This document shows, one piece after another, positions 11,449 through 24,415 of a stretch of 52,057 nucleotides of DNA (position 1 is its first letter; each line of letters begins with the position of its first letter). A program made the position numbers and the translations under genes. The notes under the pieces are model-generated. The model did no database searches and was not told the DNA's origin. It saw nothing but the letters and a program-made list of their open reading frames with translations. Origin of the DNA: Moniliella sp. 'wahieum' (Eukaryota); the NCBI GenBank assembly GCA_003971905.1, contig RSEE01000051.1, forward strand, positions 434,001 through 486,057, in the 5' to 3' direction.

Positions 11449-13299
11449 TCTTGTGTTTTGTAGAGAGCGGGGATGGCGTTGGCAATGATTCATGGATTCG
11501 GCATAGCAGCTGCGTGAGTGCCGGAGGCGAGATGGGTAGTCGATACTTTGGTCACTACAAGATGGTTTCCTGTATGGGGCATGGGGCGGGTATAATTATG
11601 CGAGAGAGGGTCGAGACATACGTCAACTGTGTGATCCACAGCGCACACACACCCCGATGCGTGCTGAGCGTGCTGAGGCTACCTGGTCAGAGAGTGGCCG
11701 ATGATCCAGTCCATCGCGCTCAGCCCCAACATGAAGTGGACAGGAGGGCATTCCGCTTGTCTGCCACGAGTAGGTCTTGCGTTGGCGGGAGTCCTTGGCC
11801 GGGTAGCTGGCCAGTACAAAAAGCTGTGGGTATCCCGACAGCGCGGCCAGTGGAACAGCATGACGCGCGAGATGCGGGGTCGGCAGGGGGGCAGTGCGCC
11901 CCCTGGGCTTCGGTGGCGCCCCTCCAGGCGGGGGGCGTCTTGCGTTATATACGCAGCGCCGTGGCGCAGCATCTCTGAGACCTGGGCCCAGCCCCCGGTC
12001 TCAGCCTTCCGGATTTCGCCGGGCAGGAAACACCACCACATCGTACACTGGGGATGGATCCGCACAAAGTGTGGGGGTGGCTACAGCCTACTACAGCGGG
12101 GGGACTGTTGATCATCATCCATCATGCATCATGCGTCATTAATCCGTCATTAATCATTCCAGGTCGGTAGTCGCATGGGCTTTTGTGTATCACAACAGAA
12201 CCAGTGGGGCAGGTGGGACGAGACGTGCGCATTCCACTGGCATCCTCTTGTATTGAGAGCATCCCACAAATGCGAACGAACGCATCCCGAATTGTTGGTC
12301 GCAAAAGCCACATCATCCATCATGCATCAGAGTGCGAGCTCGAGTTACACTGGGGAGCATTAGTTACTCCGCGCCACTCCTGACTACCAGAGCGACTCTT
12401 GACTCGTATGCCTCGATACTCCGTCTGGCGCATACTCGCACTATACTCAGTACTCATCGCTTAACAGGCTAAAACATCGTTTCGCTGGCTCACATGTCAC
12501 AGTCCTCCTCGTTCTCCTATCCCCCCCCTTACTTCATCCACACGCTGTGCTTAGCGCTTATCACCAGCTTTTGACTGACGCTGGACGATCTCTTTCGTAC
12601 GTGACCTTATCTCGTAAAATACGGGCGTATGAGGTTACCACGTAGGCCTCCGTATTAGCCGTATCAACCAGTGTTCAACGTTCAGGGGAGCAGCGGTTCA
12701 CAGCGGCTCAACGCTTTTAGCCCTCTCGTTCTTCTGGCTGTCGATCATCAACGTCACCAACGTTCAACGTTCAACCACCATGCACCACATCATACGCATT
12801 CAGAATCATGCAGGGACGCCCGACCCCCACGACGTCGGATGTTGCCCACTGGTATCTTCCCTGGCTTCGCTCTGACATTTTCAGCCCGCGTTGGTCAAGC
12901 ATCAGTCGTACCACCTTTCTAAGACCGTTCATTAATCATGCGACTTGAACGGGAACCGACGGTAAACCCGGAAACCGTAACCAGCAAGGCAGCACCAGCA
13001 AGCAGTATTGCAAGTGTTTACACTTTCAAGATGACAAGAACGCTGTTGTTGTTGCTGTTGCATCTGTCCATCCTGGAGACCGAAGAGGGCATAATCGGTA
13101 GCTATGGCAGGTGTGCCCCAACCCAGAATCTGCTCCTACGCTTCAAGCTTCAAAGGAGAAGGTAGGAAGAGCAATGAGAGGGGGGTGAGATGCTAGCACA
13201 TGGAATTGTAGACACATGCGACAAGAATGTGTAGGAATCGAGGTGTAACCACAAGGGAACCAGTGAATTGCACGTTCCAGATCGAGCCATTGGGGCGGG

Positions 13300-14330
13300 T
13301 TAGAGGTCAGCTTGAGGTCCAACGACGTTCTCTGTAAGTTGAAGTAACAGTTTGGGAAGCACCTGTGGAGAAGGTTAGGATTTACTCAAAGCCAGTGGGA
13401 GAGGAAGGGGGACGCACATTGTACTCGGGTCCCATGATCTGGACAAAGACAAAGTAAAGGAACATGAAGAGGACGACGGCAAAGCCAAATGGGGAACGTG
13501 AATAGATATCCTTCCACACGAAAGAAGGTGCCTTCTCTCCATTGCGCCAGTGATCCCACGTGTCGCTTCCCGGTTGGAGACGGGTCGGGCGCACGTTCCA
13601 CTCAATCATCTTCTGGGACGGCAGATGGTAAATCGCCAGGGTGGGAGCAGCAATGATGTTGAGTTTGCCAGCCAGGTGAACGCGGGAAAAGGGACGGAGG
13701 TACGCCTCGCCTGAAGTGTCAGTCCTCGAAAGCGTTTCATCAATGTCGGTTTCCCCACCAAGGAGGAAATCCTCGCCATTGTAATAAGCCGAATGGTCCG
13801 CCTCTTCCGCCGGGTCGCCGGAGGAACCATCGTTCCACACCATTGAGACCCACGGCCTCCCCCGCGTCCCGGCCTTGTACCAGTTCTCGTCCACATCCAC
13901 GCTGACATAGATGGCCTTGAACCCGTGTGGATGCTCACGGCAAAAATCGGAGATGCGCTGGACCGGGCCTAGGTCAGCCCCGACTTCCCCTTCGATCGAG
14001 AACAACGACGTACCTGATGATACTCCTTGAGTGCTGGGCCCCCCCATTCGGAGGAAAAGTAAAACCCAACACATTTCACATCCTTGTTAAAGTGCTTGCG
14101 CAGGTCGACGGGCTCACCGGACGAATGAACCAGACGCAAGCGCCTGAGTAGAGGATCCGGGTGCTGGAACTGCTCGGCGGGGGCAACTTGCGGTATTCCT
14201 TGGCGCTCGGCTTGAGGGCGCTTCGGAGTGGGGTGCCGGCACTGGTAGCCGTCTCCCCCTTCTCCTTCTCACCGGCTGTCTCTCCTTCCAGGTTGAAGGA
14301 GACGTTATGCTTGGGCTCGGTACTGGCCAT
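13300..14330 (-). CDS. thioredoxin-fold (nucleoredoxin/tryparedoxin-like) protein lacking CxxC, C-terminal TM anchor
   Basis: Rebuilt VKCVGFYFSSEWGGPALKEYHQ|RISDFCREHPHGFKAIYVSVDVDENWY...PW...LNIIAAPTLAIY. Introns 13958-14013 and 13363-13417; TM FGFAVVLFMFLYFVFVQIM. Confidence 0.7.
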
Positions 14331-15138
14331 GGCGCTGGGAGAAGAAGCGGTGAGAGAGGGGGGAACGCGCAGGCAGGTTTGGAAGCGTTGGTGCGTGTTG
14401 GGCTGGCAAGCGCATGCTCCGCGGCGGAGACGGGCTTATGTAATGGTGGGCTGTCAACTTGGTTTCACCGAGGAGATCACTGACGAAACTCCAGGCGACC
14501 GTGATTGGTCACGTGCCACATGTCACCTCGCGCTCTGCGCTCGCGCTCAGGCTGTGTGCACTCGGCCTGAGTGCTGGCTGAAGCTCAGCAGGACTCGGCC
14601 CTGTTCGGGTGGAAGCGCTATACAAGCGGACATAAACCGCCACTTTGCCGCGGCCCTGTTCAGAGCATGCTCACACGCACAGCAGCCTCGGCATCCATTA
14701 CACCAACACATCGGAGGAGGACCTCCTCTATCCGAACATCAGTTCAACTGGATGCATGCGTTCCATGGTCCTTCTGCCATCTTCTTTAGAGGAGGGGTGG
14801 GTCATTGGTTATTCGATGCATGCACAGCTGCACAAAGTGTGATCATCCGAACTTGAATGCGCCGCGGAAGCCATGCCAGGTGCACTCGAGGATGGGGCCA
14901 CATAGAGGACACCAGAAGCATCCTAATCATCGCAACAGGCTCGAGCACGGGCGCAGGGCGATAAAAGGGGGGGAGGTACAGCGCGGGAGAGGGTAAATGG
15001 GAGGGCCAACCAACGTTCCCGAAATGGTCACGAAGCGAACGTTTGTGCATCGTGGGGAAATAGTGGTCGAGCCCTCCAGCTAGTCAAGCCATAGGACCGA
15101 AAATCAGACAAATTGGCGCCACAAGGGCAGGTTTTTTT

Positions 15139-16271
15139 TTACTTGGGAGACGGCGCCTCGGGAGTCCCATACCCCCATCCCCTGCGGCCACGAGAAGGGA
15201 TGCTTTCCAACGGGTTATCCTCGCTAGCTCGCATCGATGCTGATGGTGGCGACACCTTGAATGCTGAATCATCGTCCCGATAAATGCCTTGGTACTGCAA
15301 GTAGGAACGCACGTCTTCGCCGCTGCTTCCGTCATGGTACGCAGGGTAAGACCCATCGTGAGACAAGCGGTTTCCATTGCGAGCTCGGCCGGTAGGCCGG
15401 GAGCGAGACCTTCCCGCTTGTGCGGCCAGGCGAGCCGATTTCTTCCTCCCCAGCTCGGCTTGGGCATCATCGTCCACTTCACGAGAGCGAGAGTAGCGCA
15501 GAGAATTACCGCGTCCAATTGACTGGACCCGCCGGGCGCCCGAGAGGGTGCGTGCATCTCGTCGCTTGACTGCGACGGTGGCTTGGATCGAGGGGCGCAT
15601 CGATGCTGTAGATAGAGCTTCCTCGGGAATGGTGTCGGTCCGCACGGGCGCCACGAGAGTAACGGGAATGGCGGTTGGGGTCTCGGGTCGCTGGCGGAGG
15701 GCCTACGGTAGGGCGGAGGGGAGAAGAGTGCTGCTCCCGCTTGGTGCGGGTTGGATCGTACTGTAGGTCGTCAGCGCCACCCAAAGGGGCAGCAGCAGCG
15801 AGTAAGGGCTCGGCAAAAAACTGACGGCTCCCATTAGGTGAGTTGGAGGAGCTGCCGCCGGAGTGCGGACGTAGCTGGCTTTGGGCATGGGCAGAGGGTC
15901 CAAGACGCCCTGTTTTCCCTGCAGTGTGCTGGCGAATGCGGGGGTGCGCAGTCCACTGGACCTGGGCTGGGGCGAGAGAAAGGCAAGACAGCTTCCTGGG
16001 TGGGTGCACCACTGGTGTGGGCCAGGATTTGGCTGAGGCCAATCAGGCCAAAAAAGAGCACAATCAGACCCACCAGGAGCGCCACGATAAAGATGAGGCT
16101 GATGCCCGAACGGCCATCCCAGGTCCAGATGCGGCTGCCGTGGACGTCTTTGTGCGTATAGGCAACATAGTTGGTCGAGGTGGGACTGACGGACGACTGG
16201 CTGCCGCTGGAGATGGAGGAGGAGGCATCAGCGGCCAAGCGAAGCACGTGCGTCGCGTATAGCGCAGGCAT
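15139..16271 (-). CDS. hypothetical single-pass membrane protein (frameshifted)
   Basis: ATG after a CT-rich leader; Ser-rich N-terminus, TM ISLIFIVALLVGLIVLFFGLIGL, then a low-complexity Pro/Ser/Arg tail continuing in the 15703-15903 and 15139-15654 frames. Confidence 0.6.
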
Positions 16272-16694
16272 GGTGGAAAGGGAGAGGGGGCGGCTGGCGC
16301 CAGAGGCTCGCGATGGGAACCGGCTGGGCAGGGCGCAGCCAGTGAGAAAGAAGGGGCGCGCCCGCACGAGACAAGATGGGCGGAGCGGATGTGGGTGGTC
16401 GGAGGCGGAGAGAAGTGGTAGTGGGAGGGGCGCATTCGATCGTAACCCCCGAGGCCAACTGGCCCCGGCGGAGAGCTGCGGAGGGTGAGGGACGGGTGAG
16501 GATGGAAGTGCGACGGCTGATACATGAAGCAAGCTGAAGCTAAGCGTATGGTGCAAGGCGGATGGAGCATGATGCTGTGCGTCGGCAGCGAGCTGGTGCG
16601 ACGCTCGGGTGTGGGATGTGGTGGGCCAGTCGGACATTGGGCGCCGGGCGCGGGGCACTGGCGCCGTGCAAGGCGCAATATACAAGTACCCCGA

Positions 16695-17330
16695 TGTGAC
16701 ATGTGATATGTGAACGTTGAACGCGAATGCTGGGCCCCAGCAGCTCAGCCTAGCGCCTGAGCGCCTCAGCCCAAACAACTCGGAACTTGCTGCGGCGCAC
16801 ATCCGCCACCGCAGCACTGAAGCAGACTCAAGTTGCTCAAGTACTGAAGCACTGAGATCTGCGATCTAAAGCTGAAGCTTGGTGCTTTTGAAATCTGAAC
16901 CTCCAGCTGCCACGCATACACGCGGTCTCCAAGGCTATCTCCTCCAGCACCTCTCGGGCGGTGCACCTTGGCGCTATCTTGATGCACCTGAGCCTGACGC
17001 AGACAACATGCACCACCCCCCCACCCTTGGAGCTTGGAGGGCGCTCGGTACTCGGTACTCAGTACCTCAGTGTGCTCAGTCGCAGAGCCGCTCAGCGGCT
17101 CAGCGGCTCAGCTGAGCCACAGCGCGGGAGGTTGAGCAACCTTGGCGCTCCACGTTCGGGCTTGGCACCCGCCGGGGTGCGCGCCCCGCCCGCAGGTGGG
17201 GACACTCAGCCGGTGTTGCTCAGCGCTCCAGCAGCCCGCCCCTGCGACCCCCCTGTATGCAGTACGGCGCACGAGGCCTGGTTTTGCCACCCCTAACAAT
17301 TCAGAATTCAAATTCAGAATTCAGAATTCT
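16695..17330. repeat. dense mixed cluster of TNA/CTNAG-centred short tandem arrays
   Basis: TGTGACATGTGA, TGAACGTTGAACG, CTCGGTACTCGGTACTCAGTAC, (GCTCAGCG)n, (GAATTCA)n. Confidence 0.75.
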
Positions 17331-18088
17331 CACATCACCGATTTATCAATCACTAACACTGAGATCATTGAAACGTTATACATCCCGCATGCTATCCTGG
17401 AGAGTGCGAGCTGCAGTAAATGCCGGATGGGCTCAATGGGTTCAATGAGCGAGCAACCTTCTCGCGAATGGCATAGACGACCGAACGTCAAGTTTCGCAA
17501 CCTTGGTGTGCGATGTTCTCCAAAGCAAGCTTCCACCTTCATAAGTTGGAACCTGTTGGTTGGCACTCTGTTCTCACAGCGAAAGAAAACCCAGCCAGAT
17601 GCCGCCTTGGTCACATGCACATGTCACACTGGGATAAGCGTACGCCACCCTGGTGGCGGCTGTGATTAAGTGATTCATGCCTGCGCCAAGCTAGGCCAAG
17701 CTCCTCATCGATCGTCACGCGTCCTTACCACGCCTCGTTGCTGCCCCATTCCGCACCGCCACGGTCCTATTCCGCCGCGCTGGGGTAAATATGAATGGGC
17801 GATTTCATTTTTATCCCCCTGCGCAGGCGTGCACGGGTGCACGGGCCTGGGAACACACGTCACACTGCCCCCTTGCTCGGTGGGTGTGCTGGGACGGGGC
17901 AGGCGGGGCGCGGGCACAGGGGCACTTGCTTACCCCGACGCGCAGCACATGTCAGCCAGCCTGATTTGAGCCGGATCATGTCAGCCGCGGCCCGTAGTTC
18001 GCAGCATCGTCCCAACGTTCCCCTGCCTTGGCCGTTCCGCGGCCATCCTTGGCTTTGCGCCCCCACCTCCTGAGCTCGCGCGGCCGCC

Positions 18089-20195
18089 ATGTCGCTTCAG
18101 GTCAACTTGACCTCTCCCCAGATCCGCACCGCCTATGAGGCCGTGCGCAATGGCTCGGAGGACTACTCATCCTTTCGTACGAGCGCGGTTTCCAACGACC
18201 TCCGTGTCCAAGCCGAAGGCAGTGGCTCCCTCGCCGACGTTGCCGACGAGTTCAACGATGGCAAGATCATGTACGCCTATGTGCGTGTCACGGATCCCAA
18301 CACCCAGCTCCCCAAGTTCGTGTTGATCAACTGGTGTGGCGAAGGCGTGCCGACGACCAAGAAGGGGCTCTTCCCCTCCCATTCCCAGGCCGTCGCCGTT
18401 TTCTCACCCCGGCCCACGTGACCATCCAGGCTCGTGACGACGATGATGTCGACCCCAAAGCCATCATGAAGAAGGTGACCGACTCGTCGGGCGCCAAGTA
18501 TTCCGTGCTGGTGACGCGGCCCATGCCCCCCGACGCCTATTGCCGCCGTTGGGACGGCCTACAAGCCCATTGGTACGCCCGATATCAAGGGACCAGGCCC
18601 AAGCCAAGCCCGAGCCAATTACGCCTACTGGTACCGCGTACCAGAGCAGGAAAAACGAATTGGCCGAGATTCGTGCGCGCGCCGCGTCCGGACGCCTGGA
18701 TGAGTCGGCATTGCCCGCCCCCGCCGCGCCTAGCAAGCCGACCCCTGCTCCGGCCATCGGTTCGGTGCCCCCGCCCCTCGTGGATTTGGGGCGTCAAGAC
18801 AGCGCCTGCGGAGGACGATGATGATGACTTTGCAGCGCCAAGCCTTTGCCATTCGGGCGGCCAACGCGACCGCGACCGCAGCCACCGCAGCACCCGGTGC
18901 GTTCCGAGGTCCTGCTCCGGTCGTGCGCGGTCCGGCGTTTGGTGCACCCAACCGAGTGTGACACGTTCCGTGCCGCCTCCTGCTGCTGTTCCGGCTCTAC
19001 TCCTGCTCCGGCGCCGGCTGCGCCCAAGCCTAAGGTTGAGGAACCCGAGGAGGCCGACCGGATTCAGCAGTGGGTACCACCTACGAACCGTCAAGCTCAA
19101 GCCGGGCAAGTTGGCCATGAACCGTTTCCCCTTCAACCAGCCTGCTAACCTGAGCCGGCTCCTATCCCGCGTGCCACAACACTGGCAAGCTGACCTGGTC
19201 CCAGCGCCAGGAACAGGCGCGCAAAGCTCGGGAAGCTGAGGAGGCCCAATCCGCCGCTTCGCTCGAGTCACACCCAAGCCTACTCCGTCGTTTGGGGTGT
19301 GGCTACGGGTGCTGCGGTCGGCGCTGGCGCAGCTGCTGGGTTTGGCGCAGCACGGGCCATGTTCAACCACTCGCAAGAAGAGGAGGCAGCTCCGGCCCCG
19401 CCGCCGCCTCCGCCGCCCCCCTGCTTTTGCTGCTGAGCCTGAGCCCGAACCGAAGTCGCCGCCGTACCTCGTCGCTGGTGCCACGAATCTGGGTGGACAA
19501 GGCCCGTGGGCGATTGCGGTGATGACTATGCCGCCGAGGAAGAGGGGGAGCTGACTCTGGAGGAAGGGAGAAGGTGACCAACTTGGACATGACGGATGAA
19601 GGGTGGTGGTCGGGTACGGCGCAGATGGAACGACAGGTCTGTTCCCGGCATCGTATGTGTGGAAGGTGTGCAAGAGCACAGAAGAAGGAGGCCGTCCGCC
19701 GTCCGGCCGCCTCCGCCGCCTGCGCCGGTCCAAGTGGAGCCGGAGGAAGAGGCAGCGCCGCCTCCGCCGCTCCGCCCCGCCTCCGCCTCCTATGCCTCGG
19801 CCGAGGTGGAAGAAGAGGAGCGCTGCACCTCCCCCCTCCTCCTCCGCCGCCCCTCCTGCGCCCGTGCAATGGAGGAAGAGGAAGCCGCCCCGCCTCCTCC
19901 GCCTCCGCCTCCGCCGCCGCCCCCTGCCCCGGCAGCAGAGCCGGAAGAAGATTTGGCTCCGCCTCCACCGCCGCCGCCGCCTCCCCCTCCTGCTGCTGCC
20001 GCTGCATCGGCCGACCAGGGCCAGACAGCGGTAGCGCTGTACGACTACGAGGCGGGCGACGAGACAGAGCTGTCGTTTGCCGAGGGCGACGAGCTGATCC
20101 AGATTGAGTACCCGTCGGACGAGTGGTGGCAAGGCCTCAACCCTCGGACGGGAGGCGAGGGTACTTCCCTGCCAACTATGTCGAGCGCTAAGCGC
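18089..20195 (+). CDS. ABP1: actin-binding protein Abp1/drebrin-like (ADF-H + Pro-rich + two SH3)
   Basis: ADF-H domain: EFNDGKIMYAYVRVTDPNTQLPKFVLINWCGEGVP...HVTIQARDDDDVDP..IMKKVTDSSGAKY. SH3-1: DEGWWSG..GLFPASYV. SH3-2: TAVALYDYEAGDETELSFAEGDELIQIEYPSDEWWQG..FPANYV. Confidence 0.92.
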
Positions 20196-20924
20196 TAAGC
20201 GCTAACCTGAGCCATCTGAGCCTCAGGCGGCAGCCAGGTGAGCCATGCCTGCTGCACATGCAACCTGCACCTTGCCAAAGCTACTAGTAGCCAAAGAGAT
20301 TGAGTTTGTCTCCCCCAGACGGTTGTGCGATGTGGAGCATCAGGCAGGCAGAAGACCATCCGACTGGATGGAAATCGGGAATTGCGCGTGGCTGCTGTAG
20401 GTTATAGGTGGGCCAAAAAGGGATAGATGGGATGGGCGATGGGGGTGACAAGATCCCATGGTACACGCTGGTGCATGGCATTCCAGCGCAGCGCACCGAT
20501 GCACCGCGCGAGCAAGCCGCAACAGTGGCGCAGTGCTGGACAGTGCTATCGGCCGGAGCTGGCGCAGGGGCCTAGCCTGTGAACGTGGCACGTGGCAGCG
20601 GGATCACATCGATCACACTTGGCCCTACTGTGGCGGCCAGGCGGGAATGCAACCCTAGTGCAGGTCGTCGACATTGCACGGGCGAGACGCTACCATGCTT
20701 CATCAGCCAGCGCGCAGCGTATCAGTTGGGCATCGAATTGAACGTTGAACTTGAACGGACTAAACCTTGAACGTTTGAACCTGACTACTGATGTACTGAT
20801 GTACTGGCGAGGCTAGGCAGCCATGAAATGCATGACGTGGGTACGTTGGGCACGCTCTTGTCCGCCGCCCACACCACCGCCACCGCCACCGCCACCGCCA
20901 CTCCCCCCTCGGAGCGAGTCCGCC

Positions 20925-23187
20925 ATGGCCGCTCCTCTCCGCCGCTCTGCCGGCTCTGCCGACCCCGCTCCCATCCATCACACTCGTTCTACCGGAGGCG
21001 ATCCGGCACCCATCCACGCCAGCCAGCACCCCCGTGCCGCCGCTGGCCAGCGTACCGGTGGTGCTCCCGCGCCAGTCGTCTGCCTACTCGACCGCCCACC
21101 TCCTTTCTCCGCCGCCGCCTGGTGCCATCAGTCCCCTCGACCGTCCGTATGTGGCACTGGCGCTGGACCAAGAGGTGTCCGACTCGGAGGAGACGCCGTT
21201 CATCTCTGCTTCCGCCAAACTAGACGAAAAGCATGACCAATCTCCCGCTCTGGCTTCGGCTCAGGCCCCGACCGCGCCCCGGACAGGCTACGATTTGTTC
21301 TGCTGCTGGCCTTCGTTGTTGTGGCAGGGACCCTTGCCATTGTGCGCCCCTCGGTCCCTTGCCCCGGACATGCGCTGAACCGTATGCGCCACGACTACCA
21401 ACACCATGCGCACAGTCCCGCCCAAGCTGTTGCCATGGCCAGCCACAAGGCCAAAGCAGGAAAGAAGACCAATGTGATCTTTATGATCTCTGACGGATAT
21501 GGGCCGGCGAGTGAGACGTTCACTCGCGCCTTTACCCAGGCACGGTCCGGTCCGCCCAGTCCACCGATGCAAGCGCGCCGGTGCACCCGCCCCCTCAGTT
21601 GCCGCTCGACCAGTTCCTCGTCGGCAACACCGGTCGATGAGCACTGACAGCTTGATTACCGACTCGGCCGCTGGCGCTACAGCCTTCGCTTCTGCGGTCA
21701 AGAGTACAATGGTGCGATTGGTGTGGTAGCCAACGTATCTGGGCCGGGGGGCACGAGTCCTGTGGCGACGTTGTTCGAAGCGGCCAAGTTGCAAAAGAGT
21801 CTCTTGACGGGCGTGGTGGTGACGTCGCGCCTGACTGATGCGACGCCCGCCTGCTTTATTTCGCATGCGGACGACCGGTCGATGGAGCCGCTGATCGCCG
21901 AGCATATTGTCCGTGGCAGTCAATGGTCTCTCCACTCGCCCTAGCAAGACCCAGGCCACACGCACCACCACGTACCCTCGCACGGTGGATTGGCCATTGG
22001 AGGAGGCGCCGTGCCTTCCTGCCTTCGACCCACCCTCTCAGCTGCCGCAAGGACACGGTTGACCTCTCGCCGAAGCTCGTCTGGGCGATTGGAACGTAGC
22101 TGCTTCCTGGCTGAATGCAGAGGGGGTTCGGTCCAAGCCTGCAGGCTCAAATGCTCACAGTGAAGCCGAGGTGACTCCCGCTCTTTTGGAAGCAGAAGTT
22201 TCTCTTGGGCTCGGAGACAGCTTTACCTCGGTACCCCAAGTGTTGAAGGCCAAGACGGCGACTGGGAGCGCGCTTCCATTCCTCGGGCTGATGGCACCCT
22301 ACAACACACCGTATGAGGTGGATCGACTGCAACTCCTTGCCGCCCAGCGGGATCTGGATTGGAGGAAGAGGCCCGTGCCCGCTGGCCCTCGCTCAAAGAG
22401 TTGAGCTTGGGTGCCATCCACGCTCTCCACGATGACAAGAGCAACGAAAACGGGTTTATGCTGATGATTGAAGGTTCGCAGATCGATCTGTGTGCGCATG
22501 AGAATGACCCGGCGTGCCATGCGTTCGAGGCGTCCGCGTACCAGGATACCGTCGCTGCGTCTCAGCCTGGGTCGATGCGCACAACAATGAGGAAGAGGAG
22601 ACCATCCTGATTTCCACCTCGGACCACGAAACAGGAGGCTTGACCCTTGGCCGACAACTTACGCCCGCGTACCCCAACTATGCTACTACCCTGAACGCCT
22701 GATCCACGCCAAGGCCAGCGCGGCTACCTTGAGCCGCAAGTTGGTTACCCATGTGACACAAGCGTCCCAAGCGCATACCCTGACCAAGTCTCAGCTGGAA
22801 TCGTGGGTGCGAACCATTCTTGGCCAAGGGGCGCTGGGTTTGGTCCCAAGGCCGGAGGCGCCGTGCGGGATGACGAGGTGGGGGTGTGCTGGCCTGCCTG
22901 GATTGGCTTGAGCCCGAATCAGCCCTGTCCATACGATGGTGCCCCCGATCAACACTCACGATACCTGCCGCCGTGCGATTGCCGACCTCGTATCGCGGCG
23001 GGTCGAGGTGGGATGGTCGACGCAGGGCCATACGGGTGTCGACATTAATGTGTATGCACATGGCGCGCCGGTCCTGGCGGACCTCAAGGGCAACATGGAC
23101 AACACGTACATTGCCCAGTTCATTGCCGATACGCTTCGTCTCGATCTGGGCACGGTCACCCAGCAACTGCAAGCGTCGTACCACTAA
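20925..23187 (+). CDS. PHO8: alkaline phosphatase (Pho8-type, type II membrane)
   Basis: KTNVIFMISDGYGPAS, SLITDSAAGATAFA (catalytic Ser), VVTSRLTDATPACF, GFMLMIEGSQIDLCAHEND, ISTSDHETGGLTLG, VGWSTQGHTGVDINVYA. Multiple indels. Confidence 0.93.
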
Positions 23188-23709
23188 CTTTTTATGTTTC
23201 CCTGTTCCCTGTTCCCTGTGCGCTGCGCACTGTGCACTGTGCCCTCTCCCACTTCATCATCTCCCTTTCTTGCACAACATGTTATGAACCACACTAACGG
23301 TTCCCGGCGTATTGTCTATTTTTCCTCTTCCCGCTCACGCGACCGCGGCGGCGCGATAGCGTCCCAATGTCGCTTTCAATAGTGTATCGAATGTAGTATC
23401 GGGGAGAACCTCTCACCAAGCGGTATTGCAGTGGCGTTGGGCGGAGTGGGCCTCCGCCCTCTTTCTGGACAGGGACAGTAGACGGCCAAGAGCAGTGATG
23501 CATGCCCCTGCTTGAAGCGTGGAGAACCTCTCTGTGCAGGGGATGCATATGCGGGGCCATTTGTAGGCACAACGTTTTTTCGTCGCGAGCAGGACACGAC
23601 ATGATGCATGTCCGGCCCAGCAAGACCGAGAGCGCTGTGTTTTTGGCGCGTGAGCACGGGCTGGTGGACCAGCGGGTGTGGGGCCTGGGGTAGCTAAAAT
23701 AAAAAAAAG

Positions 23710-23805
23710 TGACTGCCCCCAGAATCGAACTGAGAATAACAGAGCTCGGTGAGCTTTATGATTGCGCAACCACAATCTGTCGTGATACCTTTTCACCAGG
23801 CAATC
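23710..23805 (-). tRNA. tRNA-His(GTG) with 25-nt intron (23745-23769)
   Basis: Acceptor GATTGCC/GGCAGTC, D-stem GTGA/TCAC, anticodon stem ACAGA/TCTGT around TT-GTG-G, T-arm CTCAG-TTCGATT-CTGGG, long T-run terminator. Confidence 0.88.
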
Positions 23806-24415
23806 CTTGATGTCACTAATATGTTTGGCATATACATATGCTCTTGGACGGGTGATATCTGGGCAACTTTTTTCTGGCCCCACTCTACTTCTAAAAGGCA
23901 TATACGGGCTCTAGGTGGTGTTCCGTGGTATCTCGGAGGAGGTGCGGCCGCAGGTTAGAAATGATTTTCCTTTCGACATGTAATGACGAACCTACCCCTA
24001 CGGCTATACAGATGCGGCTGCCCACAAAGGCCTCTGATATATTTGCCCGAGAGGAGTTCAAAATACGAAGCGCCAGCGTTTCGGTGCTAGCGAAGTGTGG
24101 GAGTCCTGTGTTGGCAGGGTCATTGAACGGGTGTGTGCACATGTAACCTGCATAGTGCGCCTGTCACAGGCTCTGCTCTTCTCTGTCTAGAGAAGGTTCA
24201 CTTCTCTTAACAACAGTTTCTCTGGACGAGGCCCTTGGCTTCGACTGTTCTACAGAGGTATAATGTTTCTGTCATTCCCATCTGTCGAAACCCCACTTCT
24301 CCACGCCTACCATCATCGGGAGCACGCTCTCAAACAGCATACCTTCCGCTCGGACAAGATCTCTAACAGCTAATAACATCCCGCAAACCTGCCAAAACCC
24401 GACAGACTTACTTAG

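Noticed and set aside
11451..12142. Overlapping 128-175 aa ORFs
   Set aside because: Mostly non-ATG starts with no domain; consistent with chance ORFs in GC-rich DNA.
18585..20132. 515-aa minus-strand ORF and other long antisense ORFs (e.g. over PFK, CHL1, ACAD)
   Set aside because: Shadow frames of GC-rich, Pro-rich sense genes, with low-complexity Arg/Gly translation and no domain.
8769..23187. Acid and alkaline phosphatases near each other as a phosphate gene cluster
   Set aside because: Separated by about 11 kb and several unrelated genes; no transporter or regulator supports a cluster.
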